Assembly: GCA_043806755.1 (NCBI GenBank)
Contig: JAZDGS010000051.1
Location: 4,546-68,545, forward strand
Source: Pseudomonadota bacterium
GTDB lineage: Bacteria; Desulfobacterota; Desulfobacteria; Desulfobacterales; UBA2156
Direction: 5' to 3'
Length of the DNA stretch: 64,000 bases
Positions 1-13,133 of this stretch are shown one piece after another; position 1 is the first letter of the stretch; each line of letters opens with the position of its first letter. A model generated the notes under the pieces. That model made no database searches, was not told where the DNA came from, and saw only the letters and a program-made list of their open reading frames with translations. Position numbers and translations under genes: made by a program.

Positions 1-645
1 ACGGGGAACCGAGTCGCCTTCGAGCATGATCTGTTTAACCCTGCAGGTCAACCGCTGGCCGAGTTTTCCACCCGGATGAATTCGGACGAAATCACTGGAT
101 TTAAACTTTTTTTTATTGATGAGGACCACGGCAAGGGCATCCCCGACCGCCAAAAGCGCCGTAGTGCTCGCGGTGGGCGCCAGCCCCAGGGGGCATGCTT
201 CCTTATCGACCCCAACATCGATCACAATATCGCTGATCATCCCCAGAGTCGAATGCGGCTTTCCGGTAAATGCGATGATTTTGCATCCGATTCTTCGAAT
301 GCTCGGTATTAAAATGTTGAGTTCATCCGTCTCTCCGCTGTTGGAAAGGGCAAGGAACACATCGTCTTTGCTGACCATTCCGAGATCGCCGTGCATGGCT
401 TCAACAGGGTGCATGAAGAGAGACCGGGTACCGGTGCTGTTCAAAGTCCCGACGATTTTTCGTCCGATCGTACCTGATTTACCGATACCGCTGATGATCA
501 GGCGCCCTTTGGAATGGCAGATGAGTTCCACCATCTCTGCAAAGCGCCGATCGATATGGCCAATGAGCTTAAGGATTCCGTCCGCCTCGATTTTGAGCAC
601 TTCCTTTGCCTGCTCGATCATATCTTTCACCGAACCGCTATCCAT
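1..645 (-). CDS. kdsD: Arabinose-5-phosphate isomerase (KdsD/KpsF family), N-terminal SIS part; the 3' end runs off the window
   Basis: Absent from the ORF track because it has no in-window stop. Reverse-strand translation from the ATG (complement of 643-645) reads MDSGSVKDMIEQAKEVLKIEADGILKLIGHIDRRFAEMVELICHSKGRLIISGIGKSGTIGRKIVGTLNSTGTRSLFMHPVEAMHGDLGMV...LAPTASTTALLAVGDALAVVLINKKKFKSSDFVRIHPGGKLGQRL. The GIGKSG and HPGGxLG motifs are typical of SIS-domain KdsD/KpsF. The + strand ORF 116..691 is its antisense shadow. Confidence 0.85.
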   Translation of the reverse strand, partial: MDSGSVKDMIEQAKEVLKIEADGILKLIGHIDRRFAEMVELICHSKGRLIISGIGKSGTIGRKIVGTLNSTGTRSLFMHPVEAMHGDLGMVSKDDVFLALSNSGETDELNILIPSIRRIGCKIIAFTGKPHSTLGMISDIVIDVGVDKEACPLGLAPTASTTALLAVGDALAVVLINKKKFKSSDFVRIHPGGKLGQRLTCRVKQIMLEGDSVPR

Positions 646-1018
646 AAGATTCGCTATAATATCCTTTGTTTGTTATCCGAATGAATGTTGAGGCAAACTC
701 ATTATACCAGTTGATCAAATTTATCAATCAAAATCAAGAAACCTCATTGCCATTAAGGCGTCCAACCTGCATTGAATCTCTCCTTTACCATCAGATCATG
801 GAATCACCGGTCGTTTTTTTAAAATAAATCCGAATCGTTCGAACCATTCGCTTAATACCTGAATCTTGTATAAAAATTAACGAGAAGCAGGGTTATTAAT
901 GCATTACATACGAAAGCTTCCAACTCATGCAAGATTCAGGTATTATTTGACATTTGCATGAAAAAACATACAAGCCTTTTTAAAAAATGGGAAAACCATT
1001 TTTGTATCGAATGATCAG

Positions 1019-1048
1019 GCCTCAAGGATCCATCCTCGGGGCTTTTTT
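1019..1048 (+). terminator. Intrinsic-terminator-like hairpin plus U6 in the leader of the RdhA-like gene (possible attenuator)
   Basis: GCCUC-A-AGGA UCCA UCCU-C-GGGGC (5+4 bp, 1x1 internal loop) is followed directly by UUUUUU at 1043-1048. It lies 10 nt before ATG 1058 and 52 nt before the alternative ATG 1100. No ORF lies upstream on this strand. Confidence 0.35.
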
Positions 1049-1057
1049 CATGGATCA

Positions 1058-2533
1058 ATGGTTGCTGAAAAAATAACAACATTGCTGCGAGAGGGACCGA
1101 TGAATATGCGTTTTGCACCGATTATTCTGCTGGTTTTTTCTTCTTTTTTTTGCGCTGCGGCCGCTCTTTTTTTTGCTATCGAATCGTTTCGGGAAAAAGA
1201 GCCCAGGGCCCCCTGGATCGGTTTGGGTGGGGTGATTTTTTTTGCTGCAATAGCCGAGATTATTTACATGTTTCCGGTAACTCAACCGTTCATTTTTCTT
1301 TTATTTCTCCTGATCGGCCTTATTTTTATCATTTTTCTGATTCCCACCGCTCCCAACTTGAAGGCAATTGAAGGGGCGAAGGGATATGCCGTCGCCCATG
1401 TGTCCCGGTTCGATGAACGAGACATTGTTTTTTCACGGAACCGTTCCCTCCGCCCGAGCTCAAAGGAATACCGGGCATATTATTCACTTCACCCGGAAAA
1501 AGAAGCGACCGATGCCAGGCGAAGAAGCAAGGGGGGTCCTGTGGGCCGCATCGGCGATATCGACAATGGGTATCCTCCCAATGTGGCCATGATCGAGGCC
1601 TGTTTTCAGATACCGACGATTTTCGGGAATCATATCGATGCAACACTCCCCAAAGGAGGCCCGCTCCACCCTCTGGATCTACAAAAGGCAAGCACTATTA
1701 TCAAAGGATTTGCCGCTCATCTCGGGTCGGACCTGGTGGGGATTTGCCGGGTAAATCCAGAATGGGGCTATTCACACAGAGGTGAAATTTTCTACGATAA
1801 TTGGAACGACTGGGGAAAAGAATTGGATTCGCCGCTCCCCTTTGCAGTGGTGATCGCTACCGAAATGGAACACGAAATGGTTGGGGCGGGCCCTCACACT
1901 CCAGCCCTCATGGAAAGTGCGAAAAATTACGCCAAAGGATCTTTTATCGCCACCACGCTTTCCCGGTGGTTTATATCCATGGGATATCGGGCTGTGCCTG
2001 AGCATAGCCGCCATTATGATTTGAACATGGTGCCGCTGGCGATCGATGCCGGACTTGGAGAACTCGGCCGGTTCGGATACTTGATCACCGACCGATTCGG
2101 ACCTCGTGTGCGCTTGTTTGCGGTGATCACCGACATGCCGCTTACAACGGATAAACCATCGGACCTCGGAGTGGATGGTTTCTGCCGCCGTTGCCGGAAA
2201 TGCGCCGATTCCTGCCCGTCTAAGTCGATTCCGCATGGAGAAAAAGCTGTCATCAACGGAATTGAAAAATGGAAAATCAATGAAGAGACCTGCTTCGACT
2301 ACTGGGCCAAAGTCGGGACCGACTGCTCCATATGCATGGGAATATGCCCGTTCAGCAGACCCTGCAGCCCCATCCATCGCCTGGCACGCTGGATGATCCG
2401 GCGTTCATCACCGACACAGATGGTTTTCCCTTACATCGATAACCTGATTTACGGAAAACGATGGAAGCCCCGGCCGGTGTCCGAATGGATCAATTACCGA
2501 TCCGTCATCACCCATCCCGGGACCGGTGAATAA
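1058..2533 (+). CDS. Membrane-anchored reductive-dehalogenase-family (RdhA-like) iron-sulfur protein
   Basis: 491-aa ORF. The N-terminus has three hydrophobic helices (FAPIILLVFSSFFCAAAALFFAI, WIGLGGVIFFAAIAEIIYMF, FIFLLFLLIGLIFIIFLI) and no twin-arginine motif. The C-terminus carries FCRRCRKCADSCP (CxxCxxCxxxCP) and CSICMGICP (CxxCxxxCP), the two-cluster signature of the RdhA/QueG family. The true start may be ATG 1100 (MNMRF), which has GAGGG just upstream. Confidence 0.75.
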   Translation: MVAEKITTLLREGPMNMRFAPIILLVFSSFFCAAAALFFAIESFREKEPRAPWIGLGGVIFFAAIAEIIYMFPVTQPFIFLLFLLIGLIFIIFLIPTAPNLKAIEGAKGYAVAHVSRFDERDIVFSRNRSLRPSSKEYRAYYSLHPEKEATDARRRSKGGPVGRIGDIDNGYPPNVAMIEACFQIPTIFGNHIDATLPKGGPLHPLDLQKASTIIKGFAAHLGSDLVGICRVNPEWGYSHRGEIFYDNWNDWGKELDSPLPFAVVIATEMEHEMVGAGPHTPALMESAKNYAKGSFIATTLSRWFISMGYRAVPEHSRHYDLNMVPLAIDAGLGELGRFGYLITDRFGPRVRLFAVITDMPLTTDKPSDLGVDGFCRRCRKCADSCPSKSIPHGEKAVINGIEKWKINEETCFDYWAKVGTDCSICMGICPFSRPCSPIHRLARWMIRRSSPTQMVFPYIDNLIYGKRWKPRPVSEWINYRSVITHPGTGE

Positions 2534-3058
2534 GCGGCAGGTTTTGATGGATGCTTCTTCTGCAGCATCAAAGACCCCCTTTTTGACCAAGCAGTATCAA
2601 CATACCGGATCAAACCAATCTCCTATTCTGCTTCCTTAATGAAAAAGCGGTGCGCCTTTAATTGTTCCCGCTTTTTTATTGATTTTGGTTTCGTTTTCCA
2701 GCGGACGAAAGAAGTGTCTATTCCTCCATTTCACCAGCAACAAAAGCGATCATTATTTGATTGGAAGCAGCTAAAAAATTTGAGCCGGCCGTATTGACAA
2801 AATTGAAAGAATAATTAATTTCTCGAACAAAGGTTATTCCCTGTTTCAAAAAGAGTGAGCACGTATTCTTATTAATGAATCCATTATAATGAACGCAGGA
2901 TTCGATCTTTTTTTAAATTGATTTATGGTTAAGATGATTCACCATTTCTTGTTCGGTAATTCACAACCATCACGTACCAATGCCCTATTCCCACTGCTCT
3001 TTAATCTAACCTGCAGTGGACGACCGATATTTCATTAAAAAAGGAGGAAAGTGAAAAA

Positions 3059-3346
3059 ATGAAGATCAAACCGTTAAATGACAGAGTGCTGGTGTTAAGG
3101 GTTGCAGAAGAGCAGAAAACGGCCGGGGGGATCATTATCCCTGATACCGCTAAAGAAAAACCCCAGGAAGGAAAAGTGGTCGCTGTTGGTCCCGGGAATC
3201 TGGATGATAGCGGCAAGCGGGTCCAACTGGATGTAAAAGTGGGCGATCGGATCCTCTTTTCAAAATACGCCGGAACCGATATCAAAATCGATGGGGTGGA
3301 GCATATTTTCATGAAAGAAGACGACATTTTAGGTATCTTAGATTAA
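3059..3346 (+). CDS. groES: Co-chaperonin GroES
   Basis: 95 aa, [12 protein letters not shown]...[34 protein letters not shown] upstream. Immediately followed by groEL. Confidence 0.97.
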   Translation: MKIKPLNDRVLVLRVAEEQKTAGGIIIPDTAKEKPQEGKVVAVGPGNLDDSGKRVQLDVKVGDRILFSKYAGTDIKIDGVEHIFMKEDDILGILD

Positions 3347-3354
3347 GGAGGTAA

Positions 3355-4989
<1,635 letters not shown>

Positions 4990-5024
4990 TCCGCTGTTTG
5001 CCTATCAAGGAATGACGTTTTAAT

Positions 5025-5057
5025 GAAGAGACGGGCCGTTAATCAGCCCGTCTCTTC
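5025..5057 (+). terminator. groESL terminator hairpin
   Basis: GAAGAGACGGGC-cgttaatca-GCCCGTCTCTTC, a perfect 12-bp stem 36 nt after the groEL stop. No strong U tract follows. Confidence 0.5.
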
Positions 5058-5371
5058 CAAAGCCTTTAAGAAAAATCAATCGGTTCATCAAATCCAGGTC
5101 AACCGCAGCACGCGTTATTGACCGCCCAATTTATCAAGAATTTGGGGAGAATGATGATTCCCGCTCGCCCTTATATCGATTTCGACGCACTGCCTCCCTA
5201 GACCGACAGCATTTATTTTGGCCGGCAACATCCTTTTCTTCCGCATCCCTTGTTTTTTTCGGATCGATTGGCTAAATGTATGTATTCTAAAAAATAAGAA
5301 TGATTTAGACTAAACAGATCAACGGACGTCTTTTTTAAACGGTAACTCATGCAACTGAAGGAGGAATTCTA

Positions 5372-6598
5372 ATGGAGGCAAAAAAGTGGGGCAAGAATCC
5401 ACTTTCTGTTTTGTTTTTCGTATGCTTGGTTTTTCTTCCGTTTGGATTGAAACCCGCATCCGGCAGAGAAACGAAAACTGATGAGCAAAAACCTGAGCGG
5501 CTGATCACCATGAACGCCGAATATTCCGGTATCGTTGTTCCCAAAGGTGAAGATGTCAGCATGGATCTGATTTTTCAAAACAAGGGACGCAGCGACGAAA
5601 CCGTGTCTGTAAAAATCGCCGAAAAACCAAAAGGGTGGAAAGCGAAAATCAAAACCTACCGATTTTTGGTGACCGGCGTTCTCGTTCCAGCGGATGAAAA
5701 AAAAACGCTCACATTCGAAGCCGTTCCGGAAAAGGGGATCACTCCCGGAGATTATCGGTTTAAGGTGGAGGCCAAAACTCACGACTCCCGTTTTCAGATG
5801 TCACAGGATATTCTGATAACCGTGAAAAGCGAAGATGATAAAGAAAAAGAAGGGCGGGGTGTCAAGCTGACGACATCCTATCCGGTAATCCGAGGGCCAT
5901 CCGATGCGAAATTCGAATTTTCGCTGGAGGTGGACAGCAAGCTCGATAAGGAATCGGTGTTCGATCTTTTTGCCCAAGGCCCGGCCGAATGGGATATCAA
6001 CTTTAAGCCGGCCTACGAATCGAAATACATTTCGAGCCTCCGGCTGAAAGGGAATCAAAACCAGACCATTGCGGTTGAGGTAAAACCTTCCATCAATTCA
6101 CCGGCCGGGGAATATCCGATTCTTGTACGGGTCAGCTCAGGCGATGCAAAAGGGGACTCGAAATTGATGGTCATCCTTACCGGGACATATAATCTTGAAG
6201 TCGGCACCGTCAGCGGCCTTCTCTCCCTGGAAGCCCGCCAGGGGAAACCCGCAAACCTTTCGTTTTATATTAAGAACACCGGGTCGGCTGAAAACTCCGG
6301 AATCAAGTTTATGTCTTTTAAGCCGGAAAACTGGAAGGTGGAATTTAAGCCCGAACTCATCGAAACCATCGAACCGGGCGGCTTGAAACAGGTGGAAATG
6401 ACGATTACTCCTTATGAAGAAGCATTGGTCGGCGATTATTCGGTGAGCGTGAATGTCGAAGGAGAAAAAGCGAGTAAAACCATAGAGTTTAGAACGACCG
6501 TGAAAGCCTCGGCAACATGGGGATGGATCGGCATCGGCATCATTGTGCTGGTCATCGCCGGCCTGTTCGGTCTTTTCCGATGGCTGGGAAGGCGATAA
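5372..6598 (+). CDS. Exported, C-terminally anchored repeat protein (NEW3/CARDB-like beta-sandwich repeats; COG1470-like)
   Basis: 408 aa with an N-terminal signal-like helix (LSVLFFVCLVFLPFGL) and a C-terminal TM anchor (WGWIGIGIIVLVIAGLFGLFRWLGRR). It has repeated ...PGDYRFKVEA... / ...AGEYPILVRV... / ...VGDYSVSVNV... modules. AGGAGG RBS upstream. The stop lies directly before the ABC ATPase start. The family name is from memory. Confidence 0.6.
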   Translation: MEAKKWGKNPLSVLFFVCLVFLPFGLKPASGRETKTDEQKPERLITMNAEYSGIVVPKGEDVSMDLIFQNKGRSDETVSVKIAEKPKGWKAKIKTYRFLVTGVLVPADEKKTLTFEAVPEKGITPGDYRFKVEAKTHDSRFQMSQDILITVKSEDDKEKEGRGVKLTTSYPVIRGPSDAKFEFSLEVDSKLDKESVFDLFAQGPAEWDINFKPAYESKYISSLRLKGNQNQTIAVEVKPSINSPAGEYPILVRVSSGDAKGDSKLMVILTGTYNLEVGTVSGLLSLEARQGKPANLSFYIKNTGSAENSGIKFMSFKPENWKVEFKPELIETIEPGGLKQVEMTITPYEEALVGDYSVSVNVEGEKASKTIEFRTTVKASATWGWIGIGIIVLVIAGLFGLFRWLGRR

Positions 6599-6599
6599 C

Positions 6600-7352
6600 A
6601 TGGGTATTCATCCTGTCATCGAAACCCAGGCGCTAACGAAACGATACCTTCATCAACTGGCGGTCGACCGCCTGACCTTCACGGTCGGAGAAGGCGAGAT
6701 CTTCGGCTTTTTAGGCCCCAACGGCGCCGGCAAAACCACCACCATCCTGATGCTCATGGGCTTAACGGAGCCGACATCCGGAAAAGCCCGCGTCCTCGGC
6801 TTTGATCCCTCTCGGGAGCCCATTCAGGTCAAATCAAAAATAGGATATCTCCAGGAAAATATGGGCTTTTATCCGGACCTTAACGCCAGGCAGATGCTCT
6901 GTTTTATTGCGGAACTCAACGCCCTTTCCGGATCCTTGGTCGAAGAGCGGATTGCCGGCGCCCTGGAGACCGTCGGGTTGATCGGAGAAGCGGATAAAAA
7001 AATCGGTGCGTATTCCAGAGGGATGAGGCAGCGGCTCGGAATCGCTGAACTTTTAATCAAGGATTCAAAAGTGGCTTTTCTCGATGAACCGACCCTGGGG
7101 CTCGATCCCGATGCCACCAATCGGATGATCGATCTGATCCAAAGCCTGTCCCGGGACCGAAAGATGACCATCCTCATTTCGAGTCATATGCTTCATCAGA
7201 TTCAAAAAATTTGCCATCGTGTGGGGATTATGATCAAAGGCAAACTGGTGGCTCAAGGTTCGTTGGATCTGTTGGCACAGGAGAAGTTCGGTATCGGAAG
7301 CGAAAAATACTCTCTTGAGGAAATCTACATGAAATATTTCCAGGAGGCCTAA
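6600..7352 (+). CDS. ABC transporter ATP-binding protein
   Basis: Walker A GPNGAGKTT, signature YSRGMRQRL, Walker B VAFLDEPT. I place the start at ATG 6600 (MGIHPVIETQALTKRY), 2 nt after the upstream stop, rather than at the track's 6543. Confidence 0.9.
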   Translation: MGIHPVIETQALTKRYLHQLAVDRLTFTVGEGEIFGFLGPNGAGKTTTILMLMGLTEPTSGKARVLGFDPSREPIQVKSKIGYLQENMGFYPDLNARQMLCFIAELNALSGSLVEERIAGALETVGLIGEADKKIGAYSRGMRQRLGIAELLIKDSKVAFLDEPTLGLDPDATNRMIDLIQSLSRDRKMTILISSHMLHQIQKICHRVGIMIKGKLVAQGSLDLLAQEKFGIGSEKYSLEEIYMKYFQEA

Positions 7353-7354
7353 GC

Positions 7355-8314
7355 GTGAGGGGCGTTAAAGCGATTATTAAAAAAGAGCTTTCAGATCATT
7401 TTACCAGCTACCGATTTATGATCATTTTTTCCATGATCGCCATGGTGAGCTTAATCACCGCATACATGGTGGGGTTAAACATCCGTCAGGAGTTAAAAGA
7501 AGTCGCCAAGCCGCGTTTTGTCTTTCTAATGCTGTTTACTTCGTCCGGGGCGATGTTTTCACTGGTTCAATTTGTATCCTTCTTCGGTCCTCTGGTCGGA
7601 TTGATTCTTGGATTCGACACCATCAACCGGGAACGGAATCAGGGAACCTTGAGCAAACTTTTGTCTCAACCCATTTACCGGGATGTGGTCATCAACGGAA
7701 AATTTTTAGCGGGCGTGATCATGATCACCATTATGATCCTTTCCATTATGCTGGTGATAACAGGATTGGGATTGCTGGTGGTCGGAGTTATACCCGGGGC
7801 TGAAGAACTTGGGAGGATCGCTATTTATCTCGTTATCAGCATCATCTACATTTCCCTTTGGCTGGCCGTTGCCATCTTATTTTCTATCCTTTTCAGAAAT
7901 ACGGCGACTTCCGCTCTGGCTGCTTTGGCCATTTGGATTTTCTTTTCCTTTTTCATTTCCCTGGGGGCAAATGTGCTGGCAAGCGCTATCACCGGCGGCA
8001 TGACCGGAGAAGACCGCACCGAGGTGATCCTTAAGAATGCTAAAATCGTCAACGCATTCTCCTTGTTTTCACCAATGAAGCTTTATTCGGATGCCACGGC
8101 AACGATCATCGATCCCAGGCGGAAATCGACCCGTTCCATCATCGCCGTCGGACCTCTTGAGCAGATCTCCATGTCACGATTTTCCGGACCGCTTCCGTTA
8201 ATTCAAAGCATCCTGGTCGTAGCCCCTTATCTCATTTCCCTTGTGGCTCTCACGGTCATCTGTTTTGCCGTTTCTTATGCCGTATTTATGAAACAGGAGA
8301 TCCGATCCTTATAG
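7355..8314 (+). CDS. ABC-2 type transporter permease
   Basis: 319 aa with about 6 hydrophobic helices. GTG start 3 nt after the ATPase stop. Confidence 0.75.
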   Translation: MRGVKAIIKKELSDHFTSYRFMIIFSMIAMVSLITAYMVGLNIRQELKEVAKPRFVFLMLFTSSGAMFSLVQFVSFFGPLVGLILGFDTINRERNQGTLSKLLSQPIYRDVVINGKFLAGVIMITIMILSIMLVITGLGLLVVGVIPGAEELGRIAIYLVISIIYISLWLAVAILFSILFRNTATSALAALAIWIFFSFFISLGANVLASAITGGMTGEDRTEVILKNAKIVNAFSLFSPMKLYSDATATIIDPRRKSTRSIIAVGPLEQISMSRFSGPLPLIQSILVVAPYLISLVALTVICFAVSYAVFMKQEIRSL

Positions 8315-8447
8315 GGAAGCCGTTGGTCCCAATATCAAAATTTCACTTGTGGTTTTTACCAAAGCACCTTAAAAAAGATTCATGGCGCATCGAAGGAACA
8401 TCCAATACCTTGATTCTGCCTTTCATGTGAACCGATCCGGAGGGGCA

Positions 8448-9293
8448 TTGAAGATCAAAACGATCGTCCACATCTTTTTCCTCTTGATCATACCTGGATT
8501 TTTTTCATCCATAGGATTCTCAAAAGGATACGACCTTTTGGAACAAACCGAAACCGGGATTATCAACTGGTCGAAATGGACCATTGAAGCAACGGGGGTC
8601 GGAACGCTTCCCGAAAAGCGCCCGGAAAACCCTTCCAAGGTCTCGCTTGATGCGGCAAAACAAGATGCTCATAAAAAAATCATTAAAGCGCTTCAACAGG
8701 TTCGGATTTCAAATTCAACCACCGTTGGAAAAATATCCGACAAGAGCAGCGGTATCCTGGAGAAGATCGAAGCCCTGACTAAGGATGCTCAAATCATCAA
8801 ACAGGAATACTTATCGGACGGAACCGCTAAAGTAACGATGGAATTTAATCTGACCGGAGCCTTTACTCAACTTACGCTACCCCAGGAGATCAAGCAAATT
8901 GAGTCCGTAAAACCCATATCCCCGACCGATTCAAAACCTCCTGTTTTTACCGGCTTGATCGTAGATGCCACCGGAATCGGTGCAAGGCCTGCCCTGGTCC
9001 CGAAAATTATCGATGAAAACAATGGTGAGGTTTTTGGCTCCGCATTCGTGAGTCGGGAATCCGCAGTAGGGCAGGGAGTGTGCGGCTACTATCAGGATCT
9101 ATCATTTGCCCGGAAACATCAGCGTGTGGGAGATCACCCTCTGATCGTTAAGGGCCTGAGAACCGATAGCGGAGCGGAATCGATCATCGTCATCAGCAAT
9201 ACGGATGCTGCCAAGTTAAAAAGCGCTTCGGAACATCTTCAACTGTTGAGGAAATGCCGTGTTCTTATTGTCATCGATTCACCGGCCAAATGA
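8448..9293 (+). CDS. Hypothetical exported protein
   Basis: The track ORF starts at 8382. A TTG at 8448 has a GGAGG 5 nt upstream and gives a signal-like N-terminus (LKIKTIVHIFFLLIIPGFFSSIGFS). No family recognised. Confidence 0.5.
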   Translation: MKIKTIVHIFFLLIIPGFFSSIGFSKGYDLLEQTETGIINWSKWTIEATGVGTLPEKRPENPSKVSLDAAKQDAHKKIIKALQQVRISNSTTVGKISDKSSGILEKIEALTKDAQIIKQEYLSDGTAKVTMEFNLTGAFTQLTLPQEIKQIESVKPISPTDSKPPVFTGLIVDATGIGARPALVPKIIDENNGEVFGSAFVSRESAVGQGVCGYYQDLSFARKHQRVGDHPLIVKGLRTDSGAESIIVISNTDAAKLKSASEHLQLLRKCRVLIVIDSPAK

Positions 9294-9302
9294 GGAGGGC
9301 TC

Positions 9303-9902
9303 ATGATTTTGAAAATCCAGCACCTGATTGCAGTAGCTCTATGCGCTCTTTTTTTACAGGCATGCAGTGCGAATATGCTGGTGCCAAAACCGAAGCTCGA
9401 TTCTCCGGCTCATCATGTGAAAACCGGCTTTAAACTCATCGACCTCGAGAAATACGATGGGGCGATGCGCGAATTTAACAGAGCGGTGGAACTCGACCCA
9501 AAGTTCGTTCCCGCTCATGTTGGGGTGGCTCTCGCCCATGCCTTTGCAGGAGATTATGAAAAGGGCCTGGCATCGCTTGAAACCGCCTTCAGACAAGCGG
9601 GAAATAAAGAGGACCAACTGGCAGTGAACATCGGCTATATGCGGCTTTTTACCATTGGAGACGGGAACATCAAACCGGACTGGCTCCAGCAGATCGAGAA
9701 CGCTTTTCAAAAAGCCGTGGAAATCAAGCCTGAAAGCCCCGATGTCTATTTTTACATGGGCATTGCCTATAAGAAATCGAACCGATACGACGAGGCTCTA
9801 AAACAGTTTGTCAAGGTCTTTGAAATCGGAAAGGAGTTTGTCGAAGAAGCGGATCGGGAATATACCGCCATTCAACGAATGAAAAGGGCCGCCTCACAGT
9901 AG
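9303..9902 (+). CDS. TPR-repeat lipoprotein
   Basis: Signal peptide with lipobox (ALCALFLQAC|S). TPR-like repeats (YDGAMREFNRAVELDPKF..., YFYMGIAYKKSNRYDEALKQF). GAGG RBS upstream. Confidence 0.7.
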   Translation: MILKIQHLIAVALCALFLQACSANMLVPKPKLDSPAHHVKTGFKLIDLEKYDGAMREFNRAVELDPKFVPAHVGVALAHAFAGDYEKGLASLETAFRQAGNKEDQLAVNIGYMRLFTIGDGNIKPDWLQQIENAFQKAVEIKPESPDVYFYMGIAYKKSNRYDEALKQFVKVFEIGKEFVEEADREYTAIQRMKRAASQ

Positions 9903-9923
9903 GAGCGGCCCTTTTCTTCTTTT
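9886..9923 (+). terminator. Rho-independent terminator between convergent genes
   Basis: GGGCCGC-N12-GCGGCCC followed by TTTTCTTCTTTT. It overlaps the stop codon of the TPR gene and sits 23 nt from the ahcY stop. Confidence 0.55.
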
Positions 9924-9945
9924 GGAACTATCCGAGCCATAGGGA

Positions 9946-12380
<2,435 letters not shown>

Positions 12381-12438
12381 CTGGAATCTCCTTTGTTAAA
12401 ACATATGATCTTTCTATTTCATTTAAGGCTCGGCACTC

Positions 12439-12511
12439 GTGCTTGGCCGTGGAACCAGGGCACCCTCTTTCCTTTGCGGCGGAAGGCGTTGCAGCCAAGC
12501 TTCCTGGCCTG
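12439..12511 (-). promoter_or_regulatory. Structured 5' leader of metK-ahcY: candidate SAH-type riboswitch (H-type pseudoknot)
   Basis: Minus-strand RNA: CAGGCCAGGAAGCUUGGCUGCAACGCCUUCCGCCGCAAAGGAAAGAGGGUGCCCUGGUUCCACGGCCAAGCAC. CCAGG pairs with CCUGG and GCUUGGCU pairs with GGCCAAGC in an a-b-hairpin-a'-b' order. GGCUGCAAC and CCACGGCCAAGCAC occupy the positions where, as I recall it, the SAH riboswitch has ..GCGCUGCGAC.. and ..AACGGCGCUCAC... The class call is from memory and no covariance model was run. Confidence 0.4.
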
Positions 12512-12564
12512 AATGCCGGGAATGACTTCGATCGGTCTATCCTCCAAAAATGAATTAACTTTTT

Positions 12565-12593
12565 ATTTTATGCCAATCAAACCGATTTGTCAA
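12565..12593 (-). promoter_or_regulatory. Sigma-70-type promoter of the metK-ahcY operon
   Basis: Minus strand TTGACA (12593-12588), 17-nt spacer, TAAAAT (12570-12565). It predicts a leader of about 175 nt ahead of the metK ATG. Confidence 0.5.
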
Positions 12594-13133
12594 CCGAAGG
12601 GTGATAATTTTTTCAGATTCAAATCGATCCCGTTATTTCATAAAAAAACAGGATGTGGACTGGTGGGTGATCCGATTTAATCATTGGGAAAAAGAAGTAT
12701 ATCTGCTTGCGGATTTCGAATATCAGATCGCTGGAAAGAGCGGCAACAATGGGACAGAGACAACGCCAGGAGCGAGATGATCTTTCGATACGGATTCGAT
12801 ATCCCGATTACGTATTGTTCATCCTGGATTTGAAGATTTCCGTTGAGCCGGCACTGAATTATTTTCTCTAGAACAACTCGTCCCGGTTTGAATTTTTTTA
12901 GAAAGGCGGTCAGCCACTTCCCGGCTGACCCGGCTATTTGGTATAATTTTTTTATAACCCAAAGGGGTTGGATTGTCAAGGGAAGCAGCAGGAGCGTACC
13001 TGACGGCGGTCGATTCCCGACGTTTTTAGTGTAGTGACAAAACGGACGGCTTGAAACCGTTTGGCCAAGGTAAGTTGCAACAAAAGCGTTTCTTTATCCG
13101 ACACCGAAATGGAATGAGCGGAAACCGTAAGCC

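Noticed and set aside
116-691. 191-aa + strand ORF at the window start
   Set aside because: It is the antisense shadow of the clearly recognisable kdsD/kpsF gene and has a Ser/Pro/Arg-rich, low-information sequence.
690-1057. Cobalamin riboswitch upstream of the RdhA-like gene
   Set aside because: I found no B12-box-like GCCACUG core or the flanking conserved GGAA/GGUG elements by eye. Only the terminal hairpin plus U tract is convincing.
2991-3019. Inverted repeat CCACTGC-N15-GCAGTGG 40 nt upstream of groES, considered as a CIRCE/HrcA operator
   Set aside because: - It does not match the CIRCE consensus TTAGCACTC-N9-GAGTGCTAA in sequence or spacing.
- The nearby GAGTGAGCA (about 2853) has no partner half-site.
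- I also could not identify a convincing sigma-32 promoter (CTTGAAA-N13-15-CCCCAT).
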